This document shows, piece after piece, positions 15,275 to 29,380 of a stretch of 64,000 nt of DNA; the stretch's first letter is position 1; every line of letters begins with the position of its first letter. Position numbers and translations under genes: made by a program. The DNA comes from the human T2T-CHM13v2.0 reference genome, Homo sapiens, in NCBI RefSeq assembly GCF_009914755.1, contig NC_060933.1; one strand, 5' to 3'. A model generated the notes under the pieces. It did not search any database. It saw only the letters and a list, made by a program, of their open reading frames with translations, and was not told the origin of the DNA.

Positions 15275-15700
15275 GTGATCAACAACAAATATTTTTTGAG
15301 CACCTGCTATGTGTAGGCTATTGCAATAGGTATAAAAATAGGTTTAAGTCATATTTCCTGTAGGGAATAGACTTTGATCTAGTTTGGTCAGAGGAAATTC
15401 ACTAAGACCAAGTGCCAAGTGGCTAAGGACCAAACAGATGGTCAGAAAAGAGAGACTGCAGAGGACTAGGCAGATGCAGTGAGACATAGGTAGGGCTCAT
15501 GTTGAGCCCTGAAGAGAAAATTAGGACTTCACCTGATAGAAATAAAGAGGCTATTGAAACACCAGCAAAGACACAGAGGCAGAGAAGGTGGTGGTGCCTT
15601 TGTGAAACTATGAGTGGACCATGTGGTGGGATGGTTTGACTGTTTTTCTTAAGGGAGAGGATATGAGTTGTAAGTTTGGGACCAGTCTTCATAACTCTTG
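15275..15700 (-). mobile_element. L2 fragment
   Basis: caacaaatattttttgagcacctgctatgtg followed by purine-rich body. Confidence 0.7.
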
Positions 15701-16214
15701 GCCTGCGATTTGGTGTAGGGACTTGTAGGCGGAGGGAAATACTAATAATCTACTCAGATGATTGGATTGGCTTTTTATTTCTCCACCACTTCCTTTAGCA
15801 TCTTACTACCAATTAGTGTGAAAAGATTCAAAGATAAGGAAAACAGTGGATATAGATACATTTGAGTTCAAACTGCCAGGTGAAGCCAGAATATTCAGTG
15901 ATCTCAGTTCTAAAATTATAGAACCAGAGACTTTTAGGGGCACTTGCAAATATTATTTAGCCTTTTCATTTTACCTTATCTGGATTTATCTAAGACAACA
16001 CAGAAAGTTATCAGCAGAGTCACACCTAGAATACAGATCAGTTGGCTACTGGTGTATAGGTCTTTTCTCTGCGAAGTATGGCTCTCTGGCTCTCCTGTAC
16101 TATGCAATATTAGAGAGTTTTATTCTTTTTCAATTACCAAATTATTAATTGGAAGGACTCTGATGCACTTTTATTCCTAAATATGTTTCATTATTGATTT
16201 TAAATGTAAACCAG

Positions 16215-16370
16215 TTGAGAATAGAGGCCAAAGCCCTGTAGTGAGACTTAGGATCCAGAGTTCCACTGTAAACTCTGCCTTCTGTTAGCTTATGTATCTT
16301 AGGTGACTTCCATGACCTCTCTGGGGCTCTAGTTCCTCATCAGGAAAGAAAGGAGGTTCTATTAGAAGGA
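16215..16370 (+). mobile_element. MIR fragment
   Basis: ctctgccttctgttagct…gacctctctggggctctagttcctcatc. Confidence 0.65.
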
Positions 16371-17399
16371 CACTAACGTATATGAGTCTTTATTTGCTTT
16401 GAATTTAATAGTTTTCATGTCAGAAATATTACTTGCCAGAAAGTAGGATTATATCACAACTGAGTATATGTAGTTTGAGAATCACAAGATTTCTTCTCTG
16501 GATACATGTATACTGATGTGGTTGGTTATTCAACTACTATTCAAGTAATTCTTGAATCAGCAGTTGGAGTTGGCATGAGTGAGTGGGAGCACCAATAATT
16601 GTGGTTCTGAAGTCTTAACACAAAGAAAGTGATTTTGCCTTCTTTTGCTGACTCTAGGCAAATTTAGCAAGAAAGAAAAAAATCTGTAGAGATGGTTTTG
16701 ACTAAAACTTGGCATTATGTTTTAAGTCTGTCTACAAAGATACCCATTCATGATCAATGAATGCTTATTAAATTAGATGAATGGGTAGGTCCCAGAGGGA
16801 ATTTCATTGCCCAAATACAAAAGCACTGCCCTTCCATAGAAATTCTCACATATAGTGATAGGCCATAGCTTTCGGCAGTGAATTTAACTCTATTTTACCC
16901 TCACATTGTCTAGTCATCATTTCCATGGATCAGGCTATCTGGCTTGAAAAAAAAGCCTTGAGTTGTTTTCTTTAAGAAAAAGTTGTGTGGCCTTTTTCTA
17001 CTCTAAGTCCTGATACTCACTTGGTGCCTTTATTTTCTGTGTGACAGTGACACAACAAAGTTCCAATATATTAACATTTTCATCTCAATTGACAATTTTG
17101 GAGCAAAAAAAATTTCCCTGTTCTAAAGAGACAGAGATAGACAGAGGGAGACAGAAAGGGTAAACACTGAGATATTGAAGAAGCCGTTTGTAATTAAAAT
17201 ATAAAGTACTGGTTTCTCTGGGAGGAAGGAATCTGTTCCTAGCCATTGTGGAAAGAATTGTCTTGTTCCTGGATGATATATTTTGTTCTTTTTTAGTTTT
17301 CTAATCTGTGAAAGCAAAACCACAGTGGGATTTTAAGGGAATGGCAAGTTGAGGCTAAATTGTGAGAGGCATATATAATAAAGGAAATTATGAGTAAAA

Positions 17400-17831
17400 A
17401 GTACTAGTTAAGATATAGGCTTGAGTGCTGTAATGCAGAGACTCAAAACAAGAGCGACTTAAATAAGGCAGCAAGTTGTTTCAGTCTTGCTACTAGGCAT
17501 GATTTCTTTACCACAGGCCTTTTCTAGCTTGTTGGTCTGCCACCTTTAATGCATGGCTTTCATCTAGCTGTTCAAGGTGGCTGTTCCAGCATTGCTCATC
17601 CCACATACATTTCAGTCAGCAGGAAGAAAAGTAAAGAGGCATATAAGCCCTTTCCTGTTAAGGACATGACCAAAAAGTTGCATTATCAACCACTTCTATT
17701 CACATTTAACTGGCTAAAATATAGTCACCTGGTTACATCTAGCTGCAAGGGAGTAGTCTTTCATTTGGTGACCATGTGTCCAGCTAAAAATTGTTAGTAT
17801 GTTAGAAAAGAAAAGGAGCAGTCTCTGCCAC
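17400..17831 (-). mobile_element. MaLR LTR (MLT1J/K/L-like)
   Basis: ctggctaaaatatagtcacctggttacatctagctgcaaggga; ends gcagtctctgccaca. Confidence 0.75.
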
Positions 17832-17914
17832 AGGAAATAAAATTTGTTTTTGAATCCCTGTACTCTTAACTATTTATATTAATAATGATGGAAACTATAA
17901 TAATAATTATACAA

Positions 17915-18100
17915 TCTACCATTTATTGAATTCTACCTGCTTCATTACATTTTATCCTATGTAATCTTACAACAACCCTAACAAGGCAAGTAGTTATGTT
18001 ACAGAGAAGAAAATCAAGGCTCAGAAAATATCATCAACAACCTCAGACACATATCTAGTAAATAGCATCTTTGGAATTGTAGGTAAGTTCTCTGATTCCT
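17915..18100 (-). mobile_element. MIR
   Basis: ctaccatttattgaa…taatcttacaacaaccct…ttacagagaagaaaatcaaggctcaga. Confidence 0.8.
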
Positions 18101-18489
18101 GGAGGTCTCTGAAGTCCAAGATAAAGAGACTGAATTTTCTTCTGCAGTATGTCAGCAATGGAACTGAAGAAAATTTAATGAAAATTAGATCAGGGATGTG
18201 TGTGGGAGTTCAGATGCATTGTAATGTGGAGTAATGGAAGGCAGAAAAATGGCTTAGAAGATGACTACATAGGATAATGGGGCCTTAAATTGACAAGGGT
18301 GAAAATAAAAATAAAAGGACTAATTCAGGAGATGTTACTACAGAGCACTGTATGAGTCTAGAAAGAAGATGGAAACTACACTAGTTATTTGCACACAGAA
18401 AATATAAAGAAATGTTAACTAGGTATAAAATTAGTAACTAGATAATGAAAATGATTATTAATTAGTTAATAAACAGTGAAGTCTAAGGT

Positions 18490-18706
18490 AGTGGCTTTCA
18501 ACCCAGGGTAATTTTGCCACCCCAGGGAACATTTGGCAATGTCTGAAGATGTTCTTGGTTGTCACAACTTGGTGGGGAGATGTTGTTGGCATTTAATGGG
18601 TAAAGGACAGGTATACTGCTAAACATCTTTACACAGGACAAGCCTCTATAACAAAAAAGTATGCAGCTTGAACTGTCAATAATACCAAGGCTGAGAAACA
18701 TTCCTC
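18490..18706 (+). mobile_element. MER20 hAT-Charlie
   Basis: ttttgccaccccagggaacatttggcaatgtctgaaga…ggttgtcacaact…tgctaaacatc…caaggctgagaaac. Confidence 0.9.
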
Positions 18707-18999
18707 TAAGGTATCAGAAGGTAGTGACTGCAAGAAGCAGCCATCCCTAAAATTTAGATAAGTGAAGGGGTCTTGTGGTGCTAAAACTTAGACCTCTAAA
18801 GAGGGGGCATTTGTTGGCTGATGCTGAGGTCTTGGGGGTGGGGTGGGGTGATGACACTGGTTCTGCTCATCGTTTTAGAACCTGTAAACTGAACCCAGCT
18901 GATCAGAGACACTTTAAATTGGCATGCTGGTATATAAACAGACATTGAACGCAGGCAAAGAAGAATAAAAAAATGATTTTGAAGTCTAATGCTCAGTTA

Positions 19000-19270
19000 G
19001 CGTTAATACTGAGAGAAGTATTTCGCCAATTACTTGGTCTGGGGAAAAAGATGAGTTCAGTTTTAGTTTGTTGACTTCCAGATGGAATCATCCAACAGGC
19101 AGTAGGGAGGATTGCAGAGGATAGGGACTGAAGATAAAGATCTGAGTCCTCCACCCAGAGGTCAAACTTGAAGTCCTAAGAGGAGATGAGATCAGCAAGG
19201 GAGAAGCTGTGGTGAGAAGAACAAAGTGTTGAACACTTAACTGTCAGAATTGCCCCATTTAGGGACAGGG
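19000..19270 (-). mobile_element. L2 fragment
   Basis: gatgagttcagttttag…catccaacaggcagt…ggagatgagatcagcaaggga. Confidence 0.65.
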
Positions 19271-19602
19271 AGTAAACATTTGACACTATGCTTCTGGCAT
19301 CATTATCTTGGAAGAGTTGTTAGATTTTTGATTTAGAAATGTTGCAGCTCTGATGTTGACTATTCTATTGTGTCATGGTATGTACTAGGTTATTATGGGC
19401 TTATCTTTGGGCTATTCTTGAAAAACAGTTTATTTTTTCATCAACTCACATTTTGTTTATTTGTAGTTTGTAGTCTTTTGGTGGATCTATTCTGCTTATG
19501 TTTCCTTTATATGAAATGCGTGAATTATATTGCTTCATCTCACATAGAAATTTAACAAAAAACAGGTGAAATTCCAGTTGGTTTTATGCACATTGTCTCT
19601 GT

Positions 19603-19878
19603 TGTGTCCTGGAACAGAAAAAAATACATTAGGTAAAAATAAGAAAATCTGAGTAGAGTATGGGCTTTAATACTGCTATATAGATAGTGGCTCATTAATT
19701 GTAACAAACATACCATATATGTAAGATGTAACGTTCACATATTGCATAACATGTAAATGTAACATGGGAGATGTTACTAATCGGGGAAATTGGGTGTGAG
19801 ATATATGGGGATTCTCTGTACTATCTTGGTAATTTTTCTGCAAATCTAAAATTATTCTAAAATAAAGTTTACTTAAAA
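19603..19878 (+). mobile_element. L1MC/L1MD 3' end
   Basis: tcctggaacagaaaaa…ctctgtactatcttg…tttttctgcaaatctaaaattattctaaaataaa. Confidence 0.8.
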
Positions 19879-20044
19879 CATAGATTTTATGAATGGTTGG
19901 GGTTTGACAGCCAGAAAGGTGTCTATACCAGACATCGTGAGTTGCTTTCCTTCGTCCTTACCAGCTTTGTTTATAATATCTTCCATCTTGCACATAGTCA
20001 TGTGCTTCAGGAAGACTGTCCAGCCCCAGACAGTCCATCCCATA

Positions 20045-20492
20045 TGTCTATTACTCAGGGCTGCTATGGCAAAGTACCACAAACTGGGTGGTTTAAAACA
20101 ACAGAAATGTACTTTTTGACAGTTCAGGGGGCCAGAAATCCAAGATCAAGGTATCAGCAGGATTGTTTTCTTCTGGAGGCTTTGAGAGGAGGATCCAGTC
20201 CATGTGTCCACTCCCCTACTTCCGGCAGTTGCTGTCATTCATGGTGTTTCTTGGCTTGTAAATGCATCACTCATCTTCACACTGCTGCTTTCTCTGTGTC
20301 TCTGCTCTCCCTCCCCTTTCTCTTATAAGGACACCAGTCATGGGTTTATGGAAGATTCAGGATGATCTCTCTTAAGATCCTCAACTTCATTACATCTACA
20401 AAGACCCTATTTCCAAATAAGGTCACATTCCCAGTTACCATGGGTTAGGACTCTGACATACCTTGTTGGGAGACACAATGTAACTCATTACA
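20045..20492 (-). mobile_element. MLT1C-like MaLR LTR
   Basis: aaagtaccacaaactgggtggtttaaaacaacagaaat…cttataaggacaccagtca…tttccaaataaggtcacattc. Confidence 0.9.
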
Positions 20493-20559
20493 TAGTTAAA
20501 ATTAATAATAGTGGCTAGTGATCACTTTCATCCTCTACCAGTGGTGATTTTCAGCATGA

Positions 20560-21244
<685 letters not shown>

Positions 21245-22239
21245 CATATCTATGTTTACATATTCCTTGAAAGAAAGTTTAATGACTTTAGTCATCCAGT
21301 GGAAAATGTTAATGTTTGGATTTTCTTACAACCTAGTATAATACTGAATAAAAATTAAATTTTATGGAGTTAAAGTCTCATTATATAGAAGACATAAAAT
21401 GTCCTGCTTAAACTATTCATGATTAAAATAAAAATTTGGTATCTTAAGAATTAACTAGTAGATTTTGATATAACAAATTCTTTATGCTCATTTTTAAATT
21501 TTCTGATAAATGGGTATTCCTTTCTAAAAGTAAATAGAGACTAATAAAATACTTGAGTTTTTTATATATCTATATCAAATTATTGAATACTTGGGTTGGA
21601 AGTCAGTAATATGCTACCTTCCAAAAGTGACTTTTTAATAAATATTCCCTGTAAGAAAAATAAAAAAATTATTATCTAAATGAATCTAGCATCAATTCAG
21701 ATGCCAAATCTCTAAATTGGTCCAGCTGCTTCCATATTGAAAGTATCTCCTTATTTCATCAAAATAAGCTCTGTGTGAATAATATTGAAGCTTGAAATGG
21801 CCTTTTTCTAAGTCAGAGTGTTGTGAAAGAAATGCTCTTAAGAATTCTAGTCTTTTGTAAATCTATTTAAGTGTTGATTTTCAGACTTATTTTATGGAAG
21901 TGTGCACTTTTTTGTGATGTGTCACTCCTTTTGAGACCCAGAGGGAAATCTAAAGTCACAGGTGGGGATCTGACTCACTTAATATTTAGGGGGAAACATA
22001 AGAGATGAGGCTGCCTTCCCATGGCAGAATGATTAGGGTGCCATGTTTCCATGTCAAAAAGCTTGTTTTGGTAAAAAAAGGAAATCCTTTTCAAACCTTG
22101 TGTTGGTGATACTACCATTGCATGTCAATTGGATTGTGCTGTGTCCTGTATACACCCTGCTACTTTACACCAGTGCAATTAGAATCCATTCTAATCAGTG
22201 CAATCACTTTACTTAGTCCTTAAAATATCCAGACTATAT

Positions 22240-22664
<425 letters not shown>

Positions 22665-23056
22665 TCAGAGGCATGTGTCCTGTTGGGCTATATGGTATCA
22701 GCCCCTAAAGTTGGGTCCTCCTCAGAGAAGGAGAAAAAAGGAAAGATACAGACAACTTTTTAAAACTTTTTTTTTTTTTTTTAAATACAAGGAACTCCAA
22801 GATTAAGTGGGTATTCTGCAAATACAGTTAGGCTATTCATTTTTTATTTACCATGTAAATGGCACATGCCTATCCAGTTATTATCAGTCTTACTCATGGC
22901 ACAAATGAAACAGATAAGAAGAAGCTCCTGTTATGAAGCTTTTGTAAAGAAGAGTGACTTTGTCAGAATTTTGGTTCACATCTGCATTCTGACACAGCGA
23001 TGCCATTTCTCTCTCTGTTGGTTTGTGATACCTTGTCTGCTTAAACAGATGCTGAG

Positions 23057-23118
23057 TAGACAAAAAAAAGTAGGTGACCACGTCAAAGCTGTAAGGTGAT
23101 TTTACTTTGGTTTGTGCT
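23057..23118 (+). repeat. Left arm of a ~63-bp inverted repeat
   Basis: Reverse complement of 24083-24145 with 2 substitutions and a 1-nt indel. Confidence 0.97.
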
Positions 23119-23367
23119 CTGTTTCTTTGGTTAGAAGTGTTTCTTTCACTTTATTGGTTACCTGAGTCTGTGGATATAGGGAAGCATCATGGAGTAGTCA
23201 TTAACAAATTTCTCTTTTCTTGACACTTTGTTACAAACATCTTTGAGGAAGTTCAAGATATAAACAGATCAAAGTAGAGCTCCTATTTTTAGAACAGGCA
23301 GAGTGCAAGTGCAGAAGGGTCCACAGTCTTCACCTTCACCTTGTGAAAATCATTGTCATACTTCTAT

Positions 23368-23720
23368 CAGTCAATGAGTCAGTCAACAAATATTTATCCA
23401 ATAATTACCTTTGCAGAAGTGGCCCTTGCCTGTCTGGAGCTTACAGTCTAGACCAGAAAGCAGGCACTAAACACATCACACAAATAAATACATACTTTCA
23501 CACTTAGGTAAATGCCCTGAAGTGAAAGAATGAGCTACTAAGCTAGTGAAAACAGGGTACTTACTTTAGGTTGAGAGGTCAGAGAAGGGTTTTCTGGGGT
23601 AGTGACATTCAAGCTGAGCCTTAAAGAATGAGTAAGAGTTGAGCCAATGGAGAGATGGGGGAGAAGGTTCTAGGCAGAGAAACCAGTGTGTGTGAAGCCG
23701 CTGAGAGTGGACGAATTTGC
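23368..23720 (-). mobile_element. L2 fragment
   Basis: agtcaacaaatatttat…ggagcttacagtctag…gtgacattcaagctgag. Confidence 0.8.
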
Positions 23721-23754
23721 TGCTATTAAGAGATTTGGGGCCAGAGAGCCCTGG

Positions 23755-23935
23755 CCTAGACTTTGCTTGGCAGCTCTGTGCCTCCCATCAGGCTGTCTAC
23801 TTTGTGCCTCAGTAGCCTCAGTTGAAATGTGAGGCCAATAGTACCCCCTAACAGTGTTGTCCTGAGGATGAAAGATGATTTCATAAAGCAATGGTGCAAA
23901 GTAGAAACTGTATTAAAAACAGCATCATCATCATT
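23755..23935 (+). mobile_element. MIR fragment
   Basis: tgtgcctcagt…gaaatg…aatagtacc…tgttgtcctgaggatgaaa. Confidence 0.65.
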
Positions 23936-24082
23936 CTTTTTTATTTTACTATTTTAGGAGTCTTTTTAATGTTTTATCTTAGTTAACCCAGCTGTGTTTT
24001 GTACTAGAGTGGGGGTGGGGGTGACATGTTTTTGGAAATCAGAGCAGGAAATTCTCTGTACATTTTGAAAATGATTAGAATC

Positions 24083-24145
24083 AGCACAAACCAAAGTAAA
24101 ATCACCTTTACAGCTTTGACATGGTCACCTACTTTTTTTTCTCTA
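24083..24145 (-). repeat. Right arm of the ~63-bp inverted repeat
   Basis: agcacaaaccaaagtaaaatcacctttacagctttgacatggtcacctacttttttttctcta. Confidence 0.97.
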
Positions 24146-24936
24146 GTAGGTTTGAACATGGGGCTCCAATTTAGAAATGGGTTGTCTTCAAGTTTCATCC
24201 TTTCTGTTTCCTCAATCTTTAAAGTAAACTTGAGGGCAATGTATTATTTCTTTGATTCTTGCCTTTGTAATACTGGGTCAAAATCAAAATCCATAAAGCT
24301 AAAGGAACACACCAAGTGTGGAGTTCTGTTCTTGCACTGCTGTGGGAAAATGAGATCTTTGAGCTTGAGAACTTTTTGCCTGAGAATGCAGGTTGGACTT
24401 CATGGAGAAGGGTCTTCAGGTGGGCAGTGACACTTGGGGTTAGCACTGCTCTGATGAGTACAGTACCTGCTCTGGATTATGATCTAGATCTTATAATGAG
24501 GCAAAGAGGACAGGAGACAGAGGAGACATACCTGTCATTACTCATTATATTGCACTTTCATTCTCTCTCTCTCTCAAAAAAAAATACCCTTGGGAATTAA
24601 AAAAATGTTCATACTTTTTCACAGTAAAGAGATTAATGTATTTCTAGAAATTATATGAAAATTGGTTCAGTATGTTTCACATGTGACAATCTCTTAATTT
24701 TTAAAAACAAAGTCCATTTTCTGATTTCATGAAAAATTGTGTATTGTAATAATCACACAACATATTCCACCTTCTTAATTGCCAACCTTTCTTGTCTCAG
24801 TCTGAATACATTCATTTGAATGTTGCTTGCCCAAGTCTTTCTGTTAATAAACAAAACAAAGCAGAAATCTCGAAAAGCCACTATGATCATCTGTCACTCC
24901 CATGTTACATTCATATATTAATTCTTTGAATAAATA

Positions 24937-25004
24937 TTTACTGACCACTCACAATGTACCAGGCTCCGAGTTTACTGAGCACTCTTGATGTACCAGGCTC
25001 CGAG
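24937..25004. repeat. 34-bp tandem duplication in an L2 tail relic
   Basis: tttactgaccactcacaatgtaccaggctccgag followed by tttactgagcactcttgatgtaccaggctccgag. Confidence 0.9.
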
Positions 25005-25734
25005 GAGGCTTCAAGGATAAAACACAAGCAAGACCCTGGTAACTCTTGGTGTGTATCGTCAAAACCCTAACAGATATCAGGCAATGTCTTTTGAAGTAAA
25101 GGTGTTGTTTTGTTTTTTCTTTTATTGTTGGTGTGCACCTTTCACTGTGTAGGACATCTGTATCAACGTTTTGATGGTGTTAAAAGTACAGAGTGATGAC
25201 GTACTGCTTCTCTTTTTTTTTTCAGAATATTTCAGTAGCCTGTGCAGTTCTGGTTATAAAAGGACATAGATGCTTACATGATAGAAACTACTATAATTAA
25301 AACTATTTGCCCATATCTTTTATAAAGCATAGTTTTCTGATTATACAGGAAATATATGTGTGTGTCTATAGTTATGTATGTGTGTGTATGTATGTGCATA
25401 CATTTGTACGTGTATAAACACAGACATACATTGTAGAAAATTGAGAAACCATGTAAAAGCCCAAAGAATAAATTTACACGCAACCCTACCTCTGAGAAAA
25501 CGTCTATTCAAATTTTGAATTACAGCTTTTCAATTTTTTCCATTTCTAAGAGTTTATTGCAAAGAACTAATTAGAAAACTTTATTAAGTCCTATGCCTAA
25601 CAAAATGGATTGTAGTATTGCTTCTAATAGCCCAAAATTTGAATCAGACAGTAACAAGTCAGAGTCATTCAAAGTTTGGCCCAGTTTCTGCTTTTCATTA
25701 TTCTGTATATAGGTCTGTATGTGTGTTGGAGTGG

Positions 25735-25940
25735 TACTAACATTTATTTAAGTCTTTCTTACATTCTAGGTCCTATTAGGCCAGGTCGACATGTTTTCTC
25801 ATTGAATTATTCCATCCACCATCGGGGGGCTAGTGACGGTGTTATAACCAGTTTACAGTTAAAGGGACCTTGAAGCTCAGAAAGATGAAGTGACTTACTC
25901 ATGGTCCTTCAGCTAATAAATGAAAGAGTTGGGGTTACAT
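25735..25940 (-). mobile_element. MIR
   Basis: ctaacatttattta…gctcagaaagatgaagtgacttactcatggtc…cagctaataaatg. Confidence 0.8.
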
Positions 25941-28824
25941 GTACTTCAATAATATTTTTTAAACCCTTTTATCAAGGCTGTCTTTTTATTATCTAGAGAG
26001 TTCCATATATTTCCAGATGCTTGACAGGATGTGGATAAATTTAAAAATTGACATTATTTCCCTTGGGGGAGGTGCTTGGTAATGTGTGAAGTTCCCCTGC
26101 CCCCGCAATCTTTTTGTAGAAGTAGTACTGAACTGGTCCAACTATTTATTTGGAACTTCTTAGAAGGCCAGTTATTTTGACATTAGGGCATGCTCCCTTC
26201 CCCAGCCGGTGCTCTAGAGAGAATGGATTTCCGGAGTGGGTGGCACAGGCAGCCATCTCACCCTGCCTGCAGCTCTGCCACAGCACTATGCATTCCCTGA
26301 ATGGACTGGGGCATGCACATGGTCTCTGCTGAGTGATTTTCCTAAAAAGCATAATGAAATTACAGCACTTGGTATCTTAAACAAGATACTAAAGTCTGTA
26401 GTAACAGTGCTCTTTTTTAGCACCTATTCATAGTCAGTTTAGTAAAAGCAGATACATAGCTATCCTTACAGACTGAGTTGTAAAATATAAGACCTTGGGC
26501 CTCACAAACAGACTGGTTTCATTGACTCTGTTTTCAAAGCATTTGTTTATAATCATCTTACTTGTATTACCTTTCCTCCATGTGGTAAATGCTGCCACAC
26601 CCCCATCAAAGGAAGTGTGTAGAAGTAGGGTCAATCTCCTTGTCCTTTTGTGCATTAAAGTCTTCTCTTGGAAACTATAAAGGCTATTCTAAAAACCCTT
26701 CTATAAACTATAAATAAGCCCCTAAGATCTACTTGAATGTCAATACATTAAATGCTTAATATATGTACATAGACCAAAGTGATGTTTGCTTTTCTATGGT
26801 TCCCTTCTAAAATTCCACAAAGTCTTTCAAAGTAACAACCACGAGGAGTCGTAAGCACATGCTTCATCTATATGTCACCTAATCGCAGGGGCGCTGTGTC
26901 TTAGAGTATGCCGTGCATAAAATCACTGGATCTGCACATGCCTCCAGCAGTTTAGGATATTTATGATAGAGAAGAAGAATGAGGTAAATTAGGATAAAGC
27001 TCTGGTTTTGGCTTTAAATTTCCTATATTTTACAAGTCCAAGTTATTCGTTTGCCATGCTGTCAAGGTTTAATATTCAAAATATGGGCTTGAAGCCCCTG
27101 TGAGGCCAATCAGCTATTAACTATGCTTTCAGGTTTAGTTTTTAAAGAGTTTAAAAATACGCTCATTAATTTGAATTGCTACTATTGCAACATCCATTTT
27201 TTGAAAATTATACTGCCTGAGCTATTGACCAGATAACCATGAGCAAAAACAGTTTCCTGGGATCTGCTGTACAGGTCATGAATCTCTTTTGCTCCCTTTA
27301 TTCTATAAGGGGAAAGAGGCCTTAGGAACTGTTAGATTTTTAGAAAGGGTGATTTTTTTTTTCTTTCAGCAAAAGCTTTTTTTTTTTTCCTCTGCCCTTC
27401 TCCTCAAATATCAATATCCAAAAAAGCATTTTCTTATTTTAGAAGAAAGAGAAAGACAAAGCAATTTTTCCCCTAAAGGTATGAAATGTTAATGTGGAAG
27501 GAGAATTTTTAGTGAAGAAATCTGAGTTTCTTCCTTTCTGATGCTGGAGGCAGGGTTGGATTCATTTAGTATGTAATGGCTTAGACAAGAGCGTGTTTCA
27601 AATCCTGAGCCTCCAGTTATGGCTCAACCGGGGCTCTGCACAGCAGCAGCTGAGAAGTTAATGTTACCCACAGCTCTTCTCCAGAAAGCAGATGAGTAAT
27701 TCCACCTTCAGAGGGTGACCTGTTGGCACTCCCTTGCTCATCTCGGTATAAACAACACATAGGGAGACGGTTATTTGTTGGCGAGGTATATTTCTGTGGG
27801 AGGTAGGGAGCAAAAGAAGAGGCAATAAAAAGAGACTTAGATAGTTGAAAACTACAAATCTCAACATGGCAAGCATTCAGAGCATGGTAACTGGCCAAAA
27901 GAGGAATCTTAAGTGCACAAAAGTGCCTGATCTCTCAGACCCTTCAGGTAGAACCTCAGTGGGGTAACGTCCTGCTACATTTCCCCAGCGCATTCTCTAG
28001 ACCTCAAAGAGGAACCCACTCTGGGTTTCTGCCCAACTTCTCTCCCTGCAGTGCCCTTCACAGACCTCTCTTCAGTGCCTCTTCCTCACTTTTCATTCAT
28101 CTCCTTTAACATGTTTTTTTCAAGACTGGAGCCTTAAAATATTAGACCTTGTCAGGACGGCAAATGCAAACCAGACAAACCACTACTGCACTACTGTTCA
28201 AAATGTTTGATTATCCTTTTAATTAACCAGGAATTCCTCCCTGCAAAATAGCTTTAAGGGGCATCTGGAAACATCCAGCTAGGCTTTACGTTGTCCTGGT
28301 GAAGGTCAAAGTTGCACACTAGGTACAGCAGAGACCTTCCCACTGACAGGCAGGTAGCGGTTTTTCTAGTATGTGGTCTTTTCTGAGACCTGCAGAGACC
28401 ACAGACTTTGCATTTGCCACAAAAAGAATTACTGTGCACTCACGGTTTTCCTGTGTGTGGAACTGATGTGCAATATTGAGTCAGACGATTTTTCCTTTCA
28501 TAATGAAAAATCCTCTAGAAATAGACAATTATTTCCCTATCTAATTCATTTTGGGGAAATTGGCTATGGGATGCTAAAGAATGATTTTATAAACATCATC
28601 AGAAATAAAAAAGTTTTTAATGTGAAAAATTAGTTCTGTTCTCCCAATATGAGTGTTAGAAGTTTATTTGTAAAATGACTGTGAGGACCCATGGAAAGTT
28701 GGCAACAGGGGGACTTGCAAATTTCCTTACCCTAGCTGAGGGATATTTGTGACTAGCGTTACAAACAAGGGAGAAATCATATTGGCAAATTTAGTACTTG
28801 GTTAGAACGAGTTTTTTAAAATGA

Positions 28825-29380
28825 AAATCTGACTGTGGGCTGACCGTGGCCTATGGGTCCTGCATCACCCAGACCAGTCCAAAGTCAGAGCTTGTCACCA
28901 CCACCCATGTTCTCTGGGCTCCAGCCATACCTGCTGAACTCACCAAGCTCTTTTCTGCCTCAGACTCTTTGCACATGCTGTTCCCTCTGCCAATAATGAG
29001 CTTCCTAGCACTCGTCTGGCTAATTCTTACTCATTCTTTAGGATTGAGTTTTAATGTCACTATTTGAAGCTGACCATCTTCTTTGAACCCCTAGTCTTCT
29101 TTAGGTCTCCCTATTATCCATCTTTGTTACAATATTTCTTCCTAAGAGCACTTATCTCAACTGTGAATGTGTAGCCATCTGGGAGGTTATCATTGTCTGC
29201 CTGGCTAGGCTATAAGTCAGCAGGGAAGGGTAAATCTGCTTCCTTGTTCATCATTGTATCTTCAGCACCTAGTACATAGGAGTATCTAAATAAATATTTG
29301 CTAGCCAGATAGGTAAAGGAGTGGATAGATGGAAGAATGAATGGTTGAAAGATTAAATGAATGGAAGAATAAATGAAAGA
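28825..29380 (+). mobile_element. L2 3' region with (GAAT)-like tail
   Basis: ctccagccatac…ctttgcacatgctgttccctctgcc…cagcacctag…taaatatttg…gaatgaatg. Confidence 0.85.

Noticed and set aside
20413-20422. Third CArG box (ccaaataagg)
   Set aside because: Part of the MLT1 consensus sequence, so it carries no locus-specific information.
25205-25275. Pyrimidine tract plus CAG acceptor at about 25225
   Set aside because: No convincing donor or recognisable reading frame downstream.
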